A model generated the notes under the pieces. The model had not been told where the DNA came from, searched no databases, and saw only the letters and a list, made by a program, of their open reading frames with translations. The position numbers and the translations under genes were made by a program. DNA of 64,000 nucleotides from the NCBI RefSeq assembly GCF_009914755.1, contig NC_060939.1; one strand, written 5' to 3'. The stretch comes from the human T2T-CHM13v2.0 reference genome, Homo sapiens. This document shows, in pieces, positions 1 to 14,048 of the stretch (the first letter of the stretch is position 1; every line of letters begins with the position of its first letter).

Positions 1-59
1 TTTATTATGCTTATACTTTTGAAATAACAGGAAATGCTAACATGATATCCTTAAGTTAA

Positions 60-260
60 AAGATCAGGTCACAGAATCACATAGGAAATCTATAATTTTA
101 TTTATATGTGAACAGAAAGAGAAACCTCATGAAAAAGCAAAAATAACAGTGGTTATCACTGGGTTGTGGAATTAAGAGTGTTTTAAATTTTCTTTTAAAT
201 GTATTCTCCAGGCTTACTACAAATGAGCATATAATACTTTGATCATTAAAATATGATTAA
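60..260 (+). mobile_element. Ancient L1 (L1ME/L1MC-type) 3' end fragment
   Basis: aacagtggttatcactggg...aaatgagcatataatacttt resembles old L1 3' termini. Confidence 0.5.
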
Positions 261-494
261 AATATTCCTTCTAAATACTGATGAAGAAGCACTTGGGAAG
301 GGATTAACAGTAGTTAATTAACAATTAAGATATTTTGAAGGTTGGTGGCAATTTTAATACAAAGAAAGGATTGGGGGAATGGACATCCAAGGCTCAATAC
401 TTGTTTAATAGTGTCCACTTTTTTCTACTCCTGGTTCTGATTTCCCTTCTTGTTTTTTTTTAATTTTTAAATTTTATTTATTCATTTATTTTTA

Positions 495-788
<294 letters not shown>

Positions 789-804
789 TATTCATTTATT
801 TTTA

Positions 805-3800
805 ACATTTGTGGGTACCTAGTAAGTGTATATATTTATGGGGTATGTGAGATATTTTGAATCAGGCATGCAATACACAATAATCACATCAGGGTAAATG
901 GGGTATCCGTCACCTCAGGCATTTATCCTTTCTTTGTGTTCAGTCAAATTATACTCTCAGTTATTTTAAAATCTATAGTAAATTATTGTTGACTGTAGTC
1001 ACCCTGTTGTGCTACCAGATACTAGATCTTATTCATTTTATCTAACTATATTTTTGTACCCATTAGCCATCCCCACTTCCCCCACCGCCACTATCCTTCC
1101 TAGCCACTGGTGACCACCATTCTACTGTGTATCCCCATGAGTTCAAATGTTTTAATTTTTTTTAGCTTCCACAAATAACTGAGAACATGTGAAGTTTGTC
1201 TTTCTGTACCTGGTTTATTTCACTTAGCATAAAGACCTCCAGTTTCATCCATGTCATTGCAAATGACAGAATCTCTTTCTTTTTTTATGGCTGAAGAGTA
1301 CTCCATTGTGTATATGCATCACATTTTTTTTTTATCCATTCATCTGTTCATGGACCCTTATGTTGCTTCCAATTCTTAGCAATTGTGAATAGTGCTGCAA
1401 AAAACATGGGAGGGCAGATATCTCTTCGATATACTGATTTCCTTTCTTTTGGGTATATACCTAGGAGTGGGATTGCTGGAACATGATAGTTCTATTTTTA
1501 GTTTTTTGAGGAACCTCCATACTGTTCTCCATAGTGGTTGTGCTAATTTACATTCCCACCAACAGTGTATGAGGGTTCCTCTTTCTCCACATTCTTGCCA
1601 TCATTCATTATTGCTTGTCATTTGGATAAAAGTCATTTTAACTGGAGTGAGATGATATCTCATTGTAGTTTTGATTTACATTTCTCTGAAGATCAATAAT
1701 GCTGAGTACTTTTTCGTATGCCTGTTTGGACTCAAGTGATCCTCTCATCTCAGCCTCTTGAGTAGGTGGGACCACAGGCTTTTTAACTTGATGTGATCCC
1801 ACTTGTCTTCTTTTGCTTTGGTTGCCTGCACTTGTCGGGTATTACTCAAGAAATCTTTGCCCAGTCCAATGTCCTGGAGAATTTCCCCAGTGTTTTCTTT
1901 TAGTAGTTTCACAGTTTGAGGTCTTAGACTTAAGAATTTAATCCATTTTGATTTGATTTTTGTGTATGGCAAGAGATGGGTATCTAGTTTTATTCTTCTG
2001 CATATGGACATCCAATATTCCCAGCATCATTTGTTGAAGAGACTCTCCTTTCCCCAGTGTACGTTCTTGGCACCTTTGTTGAAAATGAGTTCACTGTAGA
2101 AGTATGCATTTATATCTGGGTTCTCTATTCCTTTGGTCTATATGTCTGTTTTTTATGGCAGTACCATGATGTTTTGGTTACTACAGCTCTGTAGTATAAT
2201 TTGAAGTCAGGTAATGTGATTCCTCCAGTTTTCTTATTTTTGGTCAGGATAGCTTTGGCTATTCTGGGTCTTTTGTGGTTCCACAGAAATTTTAGTATTA
2301 TTTTTTCTCTTTCTGTGAAGAATGTCATTGATATTTTGATATGGATTGCATTTAATCTGTAGATGACTTTTGGTATTATGGACATTTTAACGATATTGAT
2401 TCTTCCAACCCATGAATATGGAATATCTTTTCCTTTTTTTGGTGTGTCCTCTTCAATTTCTTGCATCAACGTTTCGTCGTTTTCATTGTAGAAATCTTTC
2501 ATTTCTTTGGTTAAGTTTATTTCTAGGTATTTTATTTTATTTGTAGGTATTGTGAATGGGACCGCTTTCTTGATTTCTTTTTCAGATAGTTTGCTATTGG
2601 CATATGGAAATGCTACTGATTTTTGTATGCTGACTTTGTGTCCTGCAACTTTACTGGATTTGTCAGTTCTAATAGTTTTTTTGTGTGTTATCTTTAGTTT
2701 TTTCCAAATATAAGATCATATCATCTGAAAACATGGATAATTTTACTTCTTCCTTTCCAATTTGGATGCCGTTTATTTATTTCTCTGTCTGATTGCTCTA
2801 GCTAGTAATTCCAGTACTACGTTGAATGACAGTGGTGAAACTGAGCATCCTTGTCTTGTTGCTGATCTTAGAGGAAAGGCTTGCAATTTTCCCTTATGCA
2901 GTATGATACCAGCTCTGGGTCTGTTATATATGGCTTTCATTATGTTGATGTATGTTCCTTCTATATCTAGTTTTTTAGTTTTATTTTTATCATGAAGGAA
3001 TGTTGAATTTTATTAAATGCTTTTCCAGCATCAATTGAAATCATCATATGGTTTTTGTCCTTCATTCTGTTGATATGATGTGTCACATTGATTTGCATAT
3101 GTTAAACCATCCTTGCATCCCTGGAATAAATCCTACTAGGTCATGATGAATAATCTTTCTAATTTATTGTTGATTTCAGTTTGCTAGTATTTTGTTGAGG
3201 ATTTTTGCATCAGTGTTAATCAGGGGTATTGGCCTGTAGTTTTCTTTTTTCTTTTTTTTTTGTGTCTTTGGTTTTAGTATCAGGGTAATACTGGCCTCAG
3301 AGAATGAGTCTGGAAGTATTCTCTCCTCGATTTTTGAGAATAGTTTGAGTAGGGTTAGTATTAGTTCTTGTTTAAATGTTTGGTAGAATTCAGTAGTGAA
3401 GCCATTGGGTCTTGGGCTTTTCCTTGTTAGGAGCCTTTTAATTATGGCTTCAATCACATTACTTGTTATTGGTCTGTTCAGGTCTTGAATTTCTTCCTGG
3501 TTCAATCTTGGTAGGTTGTATGTGTCTAGGAATTTATCCATTTTTTTTTCTAGATTTTTCAATGTATTGGCATATAGTTGCTCGTAATAACCACTAATTA
3601 TCCTTCAAATTTCTTTGGTGTCTCTTATAATGTCTCCTTTTTCATCTCTGATTTCATTTGAGTCTTTTCTTTTTTCTTCTTAGTCTGGCTAAGGGTTTGT
3701 TGATTTTGTTTATCTTTTCAAAAATCAACTTTTTGTTTCATTGATTTTTTTTGTATTTTTTGTGTTAATTTCATTTATTTGTGCTCTGATGTTTATTATT

Positions 3801-6430
3801 CCATTTCTTCTGCTAATTTTGGATTTTGTTTTCTGTTGTTTTTCTAGTTCTTTAAGATGCATCATTAGGTTGTTTATTTACAACTTTTCCAGTTTTTGTT
3901 TTGGTGTTTATTGCTATAAATTTCTTAGTACTACTTTTGCTGTATTACATCAGTTTTGGTATGTTGTGTTTCCATTTTCATTTTTAATTTCCTTCTTAAT
4001 TTCTTCATTGACCCACTGGTCATTCAGAAGCATATTGTTTAATTTCCATGTGTTTGCATAGTTTCCAAAATTCCTCTTGTTATTGATTTCTAGTTCCATT
4101 CCATTGTGGTCAGAGAAGATACTTGATATGATTTCAATTTAAATTTTTTTTTAAAGACCTGTTTTTGGCCTAACATGTGGTCTATCCTTGAGAACGAGCC
4201 ATGTGTTGAGGAGAAGAAAGTGTATTCTGCAACCATTGGATGAAATGTTCTGTAAATATCTATTAGGTTCATTTGGTCTATAGTGCAGATTAAGTCCAGT
4301 GTTTCTTTGCTTATTTTCTTGTGGATGATCTATCCAGTGCTGGAAGTGGGGTGCTGAAGTCTCCAGCTATTATTGTTATTGGAATCTATGTCTGTCTTTA
4401 GCTGTAATACTATTTGTTTTATTTATCTGTGTGATCCAGTGTTGGGTGCATACATATTTATAATTGTTATATCCTCTTGGTGTTTTGACCTCTTTATCAT
4501 TATATAATGACTTTGTCTCTTTTTTCTAGGTTTTGTCTTGAAATATATTTTGTTTACGTACAGCTACCCCTGCTCTTTCTTGGTTTCCATTGACATGGAA
4601 TATCTTTTTTCATCCCTTTTTTTCAGTCTATGTGTGTCTTTATAGGCGAAGTGTGTTTTTGTAGGCAACACATCATTGAGTCTTTTTTTTTTATTCATTT
4701 AGCCACTCTATGTCTTTTGATTGGAGAGTTTAGTCCATTTACATTCAATGTTATTATTTGTAAGTATGGACTTTTGCCATTTTGTTATTTGTTTTCTGGT
4801 CTTCTCCTCGTTCCCCCCGCCCCCTTCCTATTTTCTTTTTAGTGAGGGTGATTTTCTCTGGTGGTATAATTTCTTGTTTTTAATTTTTATATATCTGTTG
4901 TATGCTTTTTGATTTGAGGTTACCATGAGGCTTACAAATACTATCTGGTAACCCATTATTTTAAACTGATGACAACTTAACACTGATTGCATAAACAAAC
5001 TGACAAGCAAAGAGAAAACCAACATAAATTCTGCACTTAAACTACATCCTCCTGCTTTTAAACTTTTTGTTTCTATTTACATCTTATTATACTGTCTATG
5101 TCCTGAAAAGTTGTAGTTATTATTTTTGATAGGTTCATCTTTTAATCTTTCTACTCAAGATTTGAGTAGTTTATGTGCCACAATTACAGTGTCATAATAT
5201 TCTGTGTTTTTCTGTGTAGCTACTATTACTGGTGAGTTTTGTACCTTCAGATGATTTCTTATTTCTCATTAAAGTCTTTTTCTTTCCAGTTAAAGAATGC
5301 CCTTTAGCGTTTCTTGCAGAGCAAGTCTGGTGTTGATGAAATCTCTCAGTTTTTGTTTGTCTGGGAAAGTCCTTATTTCTCCTTCATGTTTAAAGGGTGT
5401 TTTTGCTGGATATACTATTCTAGGATAAAGGGTTTTTCTTCTCTTTCAGCAGTTTACATATGTGATGTTACTCTCTCCTGGCCTGTAAATTTTCCACTGA
5501 GGAGGCTGCTGCCAGATATATTGGGGCTCCATTGTATGCTGTTTCTTTCTCTTGCTGCCTTTAGGATCCTTTCTTTATTCTTAACCCTTGGGAGTTTGAT
5601 TATTAAATACTTTGTGGTAGTCTTCTTTGGGTTAAATCTGCTTGGTGTTCTATAAGCTTCTTGTACTTGAATATTGGTATTTTTTCTGTAGGTTTGGGAA
5701 ATTCTCTGTTATTATCCTTTTGAGTAAAATTCCTACCCTAATCTTTCTCTCTACCTTCTCTTTAACACCAATAACTCTTAGATGTCCCCTGTTGAGGCTA
5801 TTTTTTGATCCCATAGGCATATGTCGTTATTTTTTATTTTTTTTCTTTGTCTTCTCTGTGTATTTTCAAATAGCCTGTCTTCAAGCTCACTAATTCTTTC
5901 CTCTGCTTGATCATTTCTGCTGTTAAGGGATTCTGATGCATTCTTCTATTTGTCAATTGCATTTTTCAGCTCCAGAACTTCTGCTTGATTATTTTAAAAT
6001 ATGTCAATCTCTTTGTTAGTTTTATCTGATAGAATTCTGAATTCCTTCTCTGTATTATTTTGGATTTCATTGAGCTTCTCAAAACAGCTATTTTGAATTC
6101 TCTGTTTGAAAGGTCACATATCTCTGTCACTCCAGAATTGGTCACTGGTGCCTTATATACTTTGTTTGGTAAGGTCCTGTTTTCCTGGATGGGCTTGATG
6201 CTTGTGGATGTTTGTCAGTATCTGGGCATTGAAGAGTTGGATATTTATTGTCGTCTTCTCAGTTTGGGCTTGTTTGTACCCATCCTTATTGGGAAGGCTT
6301 TCTAAGTATTTGATGGGACTTGGGTATTGTGATCTAAGTCTTTGGTCACTGCAGCCATACTTGCTTTAATGGGCACCCCAAGCCCAATAACCCTGTGGCT
6401 CTAGCAGACTTGTAGAAGTACTACCTTGGC
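805..6430 (-). mobile_element. Long decayed L1 (L1MA2/L1MA3-like): 3' UTR, ORF2, ORF1 and part of the 5' region
   Basis: Minus-strand ORF2 peptides (e.g. 2125-2502 [23 protein letters not shown], 3176-3562 [17 protein letters not shown], 4090-4272 LIDIYRTFHP), L1MA-type 3' UTR, many stops and frameshifts. Confidence 0.93.
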
Positions 6431-7013
6431 AAAATCCACTGGGTATAAAAACCATACCTCTATGGATCTCAGTTTGAAAAAGACCACTCAGCGTGATGAT
6501 TCAGGGACAGAAGTGTCAGAGAACAGGCAACGAAGTGGAGTGCTATGTGAGCTGAAGGGCCTATTTTTATCTTTAAGAGATGGATAACATCTAAAAACTG
6601 AAATTAAAAACCTGATGCTTAAGAAGAAACATGGAACATTATAGAAGGCACTGGATCACTCAAGAATATTGATTGCCCAGAGAAGGTGCTAGTGGATGAG
6701 GCCAGGGGCACTGACTTCCTACGGCACACCAAACCAATGGATTTTACAGGTGGAGGAACTACAGGAATAAACTCTGCAAGTCTGAATCTGAAACAAAATT
6801 CCAAACCTGGGATGGTGAACCAGTAAGGGCTAAAGCTAGAGGATCCTCCTCGGAGTGGTGCTCAGGTTGCTCTCCATGGAAAGAGGTAAAAAACGGAGGT
6901 CAGATGCTGGAATGGAGAATAGTGTAAAAGAAGCCAAGCACAGTTTCATACCAAAGCAAAACCAGCCTCAAGAACCCAAAAAGTATAATGGTTAGGAGCA
7001 TTTAGAATCATAA

Positions 7014-8559
7014 TTTTTTTTTTTGCTTTTCAGTTGTGTGAATTTCTTATATATTTTGGATATTAATCCTTTCTCAGATATATGGTTTGCAAATATTTTG
7101 TCCTAATATGTAGGTTTCCTTTTCATTCTGTTGATTGTTTTCTTTGCCATGCAGAAGCTTTTTAGTTTAATGCAGTCTCACTTATTTTCACTTTTGTTGC
7201 CTGAGGTTTTGGTGTCATATTTGAAAAATTCTTGCCAAGGCTAATATCAAAAAGCTTTCCCATCTGTTTTCTTCTAAGAGTTTTATGGTGGTTTTAGGTC
7301 TTACATTTAAGTCTTCAAGGCATTTTGAGTTGATTTTTGGGTATGGTGTAAGATAAGGGTTCAATTTCATTCTTTCAAATATGGCTTTTCAGTTTTCCAA
7401 ACACTATTTATTGAAGAGACTATCCTTTTCCCATTGTATATTCTTGGCCCCTTGTTGAAAATTAGTTGACCATATATGTGTGGGTTTATTTATGGACTCA
7501 CTCTTTGGTTTCATTGGTTTATGTGTTTGTTTTTATGCCGGTACCATACTGTTTTGATTACTGTATGTTTGTAATACAATTTGAAATCGGGAAGTATAGT
7601 AGGAAGTGTGATGCTTCCAACTAACTGGATTAAAAAATGGGCAAATGGCATTTCTCAAAAGAAGACATACAAGTGGCCAACAGGTATATAAAAAGGTGCT
7701 CAGAATCACTAATCATCAGGAAAATGCAAATAAAAACCACAATGACAAAACATCTCATATCTATTAGGATGTCTGTTATCAAATAGACAAGAGATAATAA
7801 GTGTTGGTGAGAGTGTGAAGAAAAGGAACTCTTATATGCTGTTGGTGGGAATGTAAATTAGTGCAGCTATTTTAGAAAACAGTATGGAGGTTCTTCAAAA
7901 GTTTAAAAATAGAATTACCATATAATCTAGCACTCATGATTCTAGGTATGTATCCAAAGGAAATAAAATCATTGTCTTGAAGAGATATCTGCACTCCCGT
8001 GTTCATTGCAGTGTTATACTCAATAGCCAAGATATGGCAATAACTTAAGTGTCCATTGATAGATGAATGGATAAAGAAAATGTGATGTACATACATATAT
8101 ATAACTATATTATTCTTTATGAATTATTATGAATATTATTGAGCCTTAAAAAAGAAGGAAATCTTGCCTTTTGCAACAACATGAATGGACCTGGAGAACA
8201 TTATGCTAAGTGGAATAAGCCAGACACAGAAATAAAAATACTGCATGATCTCACTTATACGTGAAATCTAAAGATTATATAGCAACAGAGAGTAGAACTA
8301 TGGTTACCAGGGCCTGGAATGGAGAGGAGATGTTGGTTAAAGGGTACAAGTTGCAGTTATGTAGGATAAGTGACTATAGTTAATAATGCTGTATTATATA
8401 CTGGAAATTTGCTGAGAGTAAATTTCACCACACATACACAAAAGTAACCATGTGAGGAGATGGATATGTTAATTTGCTTGACTATAGTAATCATTTCACT
8501 ATGTATATGTATATCAAAACATGTTGTACCTCTTACATATGTACAGCTTTTACTAAAAG
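7014..8559. mobile_element. 5'-truncated L1MA-type element with 5' inversion (7014-~7620 minus, ~7621-8559 plus)
   Basis: ORF2 sequence switches orientation near 7620; L1MA 3' UTR at the right end; flanking AGAATCATAA (7004-7013) and AGAATCACAA (8560-8569). Confidence 0.85.
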
Positions 8560-9564
8560 AGAATCACAACAAACCCATTGCTTTGATAGTAATTGGTGTT
8601 CCCAAAAATGATTCTGAGTACTCAGAAGGGGTTAAATTATTTTCTAGGTACCTTATTTCCAGACTGTAATGTGTGTTTTCCATTTAAAAAGTTAAGCTAA
8701 AAATAATACACTAAAGGGCATCCTTTATTACCTAGAAAATAACTAAGTGTCCTAATTCTGTCAGATAAGTGAGTCAACACTGTATATTTATCTGCCTAAC
8801 AGATGCTTCCTTTGTCAGTTCAAAACATACACGAGTAAAAGTGGGATTTAAAGGAACAGCTTGGAATGAATGGTATTCCTTAAAATTTTGATTTTCCCAG
8901 AAAATTCAATTCTGGTCAAATAATGATGGGCAATAATATATACCAGGGCTATTGCTTTGACATTTATTAATGAATTTGGATTACAAGAAATACTCTAGAA
9001 ATCTATTAGAAACTATATAAACAATATTCAGCTCCGTCTTAACTAGTTGATTACATTCCATAAAACCATTATTTTTATTCTGTTAACATTTCATGGAAAT
9101 GGAATTTATTGAATTTGCCTCATTTGTGCTAGATTATCTTTCTACCTCATACACAGAGTTGAATTTTCATCAGAAAGTCACACATACCTGTTTATCTTTT
9201 TTTTGTGTTAAAGGGGTATGTTTCTTTAGAAACCACCAGCTTAGGATATGGTGTCATTCCGAATGTGATTCCTGTCAGACTACAGTGAGCACAGGTAATG
9301 GATATTGTCATAAATGACATTTGGTTCATTAGAATCTGTCAAAATGGGCTGGGTAAATTATGGCTGTTGGAAAGAGCACAATACTGCATTGTATTGGGGA
9401 AACACACTTGTAAGGAATTCCTGAGCTGGTATTTATTACAACCTGCCACATCATTTCCATTTTCTGCGTTTCATTAAATTTACCGTCTGGGTGTAATCAC
9501 AAGAGTGAAATGGAAAATGTAATGTAAAATATCTCCTTAAACCCTCCGAAACAAAAATGAACTG

Positions 9565-9770
9565 AATCATCCATTCAATCAAGACAAGTTGAACACCTAC
9601 TATACACCAACCCTCTGCAATAAAGTGAGGAACAAGACAGTTTCTGTTTTCAACTAGGCCAGAGCCCAGCAGGGGAAATGAATGGACAAAACTAATCCTA
9701 ATGTGATACTATCGTAGAGGTGTTGACAGAGACTATAGAAGTGGAGAGGAAGGTTCTCTTCCTGGGGGTG
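9565..9770 (-). mobile_element. L2 3' fragment
   Basis: tcatccattcaatc...acacctactatacacca...aacaagacag pattern typical of L2 ends. Confidence 0.55.
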
Positions 9771-12700
9771 AGAGACTTAGTCATGGGTGTCTACAAATTA
9801 GGTACTGACCCTGTTGGGTAGAGACTGTGAGTCACAGCTTCTCAATGTGATTGGAATTCTGGGGCTGGTGCTAGGTTCATTGTCCTTTGGCATTTTTGTG
9901 GGCTGTGTGCATTACATGGGTGGAATTTAATGTCATTTTAACTCACCAGAGAAAGTTTGTGGGTCTAGAGGTTTGGAAAACAACTCGCTCTGTAATATGC
10001 TGCATTTTAGTGCAAATCTTTCAAATGATCGCACCGTACTTGCTAATCTTTGAAGGAAGCTCTCTCATTGTCTGAAGAAAATGGTGCTGATTAAATTTAC
10101 AGGGAAATGACTTTATTTAAAAATCTCCTCTAGTTTGTTGACAGCACTCATGTTTCATAAAATAGGGGACATGATCCTGAATTTCTTATGAATAAAAAAT
10201 TATTAATTTTGACATCTACTTTGAATGACTTAGATAATTTATTTGGCGTAGTGCCCAGTAAAAGCATGGAAGTGACTTGGACATCAACCACAAAATGGCC
10301 CAGGGACCCCTTCCCACTGGATAGACATCTGGAGTGGCGTATAAGGAATAGACAATGCAGGCGGACATTTAATTAAAGATTGGTATTCAGACAGGAGGGA
10401 AGCGTGGTGAGTCTCTCAGCGTAAAAGGAATAGTGAGTCTCTGAGACAAAAGTAATTTTTTGTGTTTTATAATGATGCTTTGCAGCTTGAAACATTTTAG
10501 CTATAAAATATAGACTATGAACTCATAATGGCATTAAGTCCAGATAGTAATTTTTATGGTAACAATTTATGATGTATTTTTGTGGGTTTTTTAAAGGGGA
10601 AAAGTCTTTAGCATTTAACATTTTGCAATTTAAAAGATCCCTCTCTTGAGCCTTCAGAACCAGAGTGAACACAAAAATTGTAAGATTTTATTGAGTTACC
10701 TATTATGTGAATCTGGATTTGTAGACATTATTTTGATAGTTAATGACACTGGCAAGAATCATGATCTAAAACAAAACCATGTTAACTTTTTTGTTTTAAA
10801 TTTTCATCCACGAGTTGTCACTGTGTTGCTATTGGCATTACCAGGACACAGCTAGGAAAGCCAGGGTTGGAAGTGCAGGTTCCCTGTGTTTGCAGATGTT
10901 CATGTAGGAGTTCCTTGACCAAATAGCTGTAGCTATTCAGCATCCTAGCACTTGTGTGCCTGCTTTGTGATGAGCTGCCCTGCTGACTCACACCTGCCGG
11001 TTCAGGTATGGGTGTAGCCATTTCTGGGAGGGTTGATGCTCAGCAAATAGTCTTAAAGGCACAAAGGAATGAGAACATTTCTCTCCAAACCATAAACCAT
11101 CGTGGAGCCTAAGGAGACTGAATTTCCTTTTTAGACCCCAGAGGACATTATGCCCAGACTGCCCCCAGGGGTCACTCTCAACTTGGGGATGATTTTTGCC
11201 GATGGTGGAAGCATATATTCTCTGGATTCTCCTCTGCTAGTGGGGAGGGCTAGTGGGGAGGGCTGGGGTTCTCATGTTTGATATGGCATCTTGAGATGGT
11301 CATCCAGCCTCTCTTTGAACACCGACAGAAAGTAGGGAACCCGAACCTCCAATACTAGTTTTCAGATATGATTATACTATTGTCTGAGCACCACCTGTAG
11401 TTATAATAGTTCATCTAATGGATAGTAAAACTCTATCAGGCAGCCTCACTATGCAAATCTTGTAGAATAAGACTATTTTTTAAAATTAAATCAACTATTA
11501 AACAAAGCAGTCTATCAGAAGAAAGAAAATTTAACCAGAAATAAAATAAACCAGAAGTAGGTGACAAAGAGAAGAATAAAGGTATCTGATAAAGCCAGGA
11601 ATAAGACTAAAATAAAAATACACACCATAGAGCTCTCCATACTTACTACAGGGGCACAGATTTGATCTGAGCTTTCTAGCAGCCAACTGGGAGAGAGAAA
11701 CACAATCAGTTGCAGAAGTCACAGATTCATAAGATAATAAACTAACAGTGTTTCTCAGGAGTAACACAACTGTTCCTTATTTTAACAAGGAAAAAGTTAC
11801 TGATTTCAGTAAGAAAGTAGCCTTAGCCCACAAAGATGAGGAACTTGACTTTGAAAGGAAATATTTCAATGTTGGGTCTCTTTAATCTTCTTTCCAGATT
11901 CATAGCCTGAATAATTATTTTCCAGAAGCTTCTCCCATGAAGAATTTCGTTTTAAGTATTTATAAGGTCATCTTGGGGGATCAGTGGGTGATTTTTAATA
12001 CACTAAAGCATACAATTTTTTTGCTTGTGTTGGTAATCTCACTAACTTCAAGGTTTTTTTTTTTGTTTTGCTTTTTGTTTTTGCCACTGAGCAGTTTTTG
12101 TCAAGTCAGCTACCATCAGGATCAAACACTTAGTACAGTAAATTGGATTTGGATATCCATTAACTGCTGGTGACAAAAGAGGAAGCCCCACGTTTAACAC
12201 ACGTAAAATAAAATTTTAAGGAGTTTCTGGCTAGAAAGAGGCTACCAATAAAGTCTGAAAATGCCCCAGTCTCTGCTACTTGAATCTAATTACATGACAG
12301 AAGAGATTTGGGAAAGATAAGCCTGCAGTGAAAACAAGGGAGAAATAATCCTGTTTGCTCTGCAGTAACCATTCTAAGGACAGGAGAAAAAAAAAGAAGT
12401 TGACTAAACTTATTATACTCAATATTGCCAAGATACCAATTAGCAACATAAGTACAAATTTTCCTCAGATTCATCCAACATACCACCCTGTGTAATAAGC
12501 TAGTGTTCATAAACAGGGGAAAGTGGTTCTTCTATTCCTCAGCAGTCCTGGTGGGATTACACTGGATTTTTCTGTTAATTCTGGCCTTTGGCCCCTTTCC
12601 AATATTAACTGTGCCATGGAGTATAGAATATTCAATGATTACATAATTATAATTTAAAAATTAGACCATGTCAAAGAAAATAAAATATTAGGCATTTTTA

Positions 12701-13686
12701 AGAATTTAAGACAAGACACGGACTTTGGATCAAGATGACAGCTAATAATTCTGCATCTACTTCATCGCATATGGCAAATCTCATGAAATGACCTCAAAGT
12801 TGTATAAAGAACAATATCTCTGTGATAGCCCTGGAAAAGAAGACAAAGTTGTACCAACAAACTAAAAAATCTGGGAAATTCTTAATGGTTAAAAAGTGGG
12901 CAGTTTATATACATGGATAAATAGGATTATAGGAAACTAGCCCAAAATACATTCAGGAGGAATTCTGTGGTGGAAGCCATTCTGAGAAGTCCCAAGGACT
13001 GAATCAGCAATTAAAAAGGAGGTGAGAGGAGAGAAATTGGCATGTGGCCCTGTTGGAGCTGAGCAGTGCATGACAATTGTATTCTTTCCTAGGTAGGTAG
13101 CAGGTAAGTGGAAAACAAGGGCCAGAGAATAATTCATGCTCCAGGTAGCCAGAGACCTCTAGGAGAGATGGGAAGCCCCCAATCTAGAAGATACATTACC
13201 AACATATTCTTCCAGACCATAGTCCTCCCACTTCTCCACGACCACTACAGGCTATAGTAAACAGTTTTGTCAAACAAACGGATACTTAAGTACAAAGAGA
13301 AGAAGACAACCAAGACACAATACCCACCCTGGAAGAGGAGGACCAAACACAACAGAAGAGTTAACACCCAGAGAAACAGAGCTACCAAAGGAAACAGAAG
13401 AATATTTTAAAGTATAGCTAATTACTATCCTTATGTAATGTTAAGGAAACTATTACATTATGGAAAAGAAACAATTAGATATTTTGTACACTAAAAATTT
13501 GATCATGAAATCATAGATTGGCTGATAAGCAGCATGGAAATAGGTATAGGTCATGTTAGTGAATTGGAAAATTCAGCACAGTGTAAAAAGGCTTAGAAAT
13601 GGGAAGTGTGGGGGAAAATAGAGAAAATTCTAAGATATATCTAGGAGTAGAAAGATGAGACAAGGGAATGGAAGGAAGACTATAAT

Positions 13687-14048
13687 TGATATGGTTAGGT
13701 TTTGTGTCTCCTCCCAAATCTCATCTTGAATTGTAATCCCCAGCTGTCGAAGGAGGAATCTGGTGGGAGGTGATTGGATCGGGGGCAGTTTCCCCCATGC
13801 TGGTCTCATGACAGTGAGTTCTCACGAGATCTGATGGTTTTATAAGTGTTTGGCAAGTTCCTCCTTTGTTCACTCTTCTCTCTTGCCTGCCGCCACGTAT
13901 GACATGCCTGCTTCTCCTTCTGCCATGCTTATAAGTTTCCTGAGACCTCCTCAGCCATGCAGAACTATGAGTCAATTAAAACTCTTTTCTTTATAAGTTG
14001 CCCAGTCTCGGGCAGTTCTTTATAGCAGTGTGAGAATGGACTAATACA
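13687..14048 (+). mobile_element. MaLR solo LTR (MSTA/THE1D-like)
   Basis: TGATATGGTT...CCAAATCTCATCTTGAATTGTAATCCC start; GGACTAATACA end; near-TSD ATAAT/ATAAC. Confidence 0.9.

Noticed and set aside
7014-7024. Poly-T suggesting the tail of a minus-strand retrocopy
   Set aside because: Explained as an internal A-rich ORF2 tract at the L1 inversion breakpoint.
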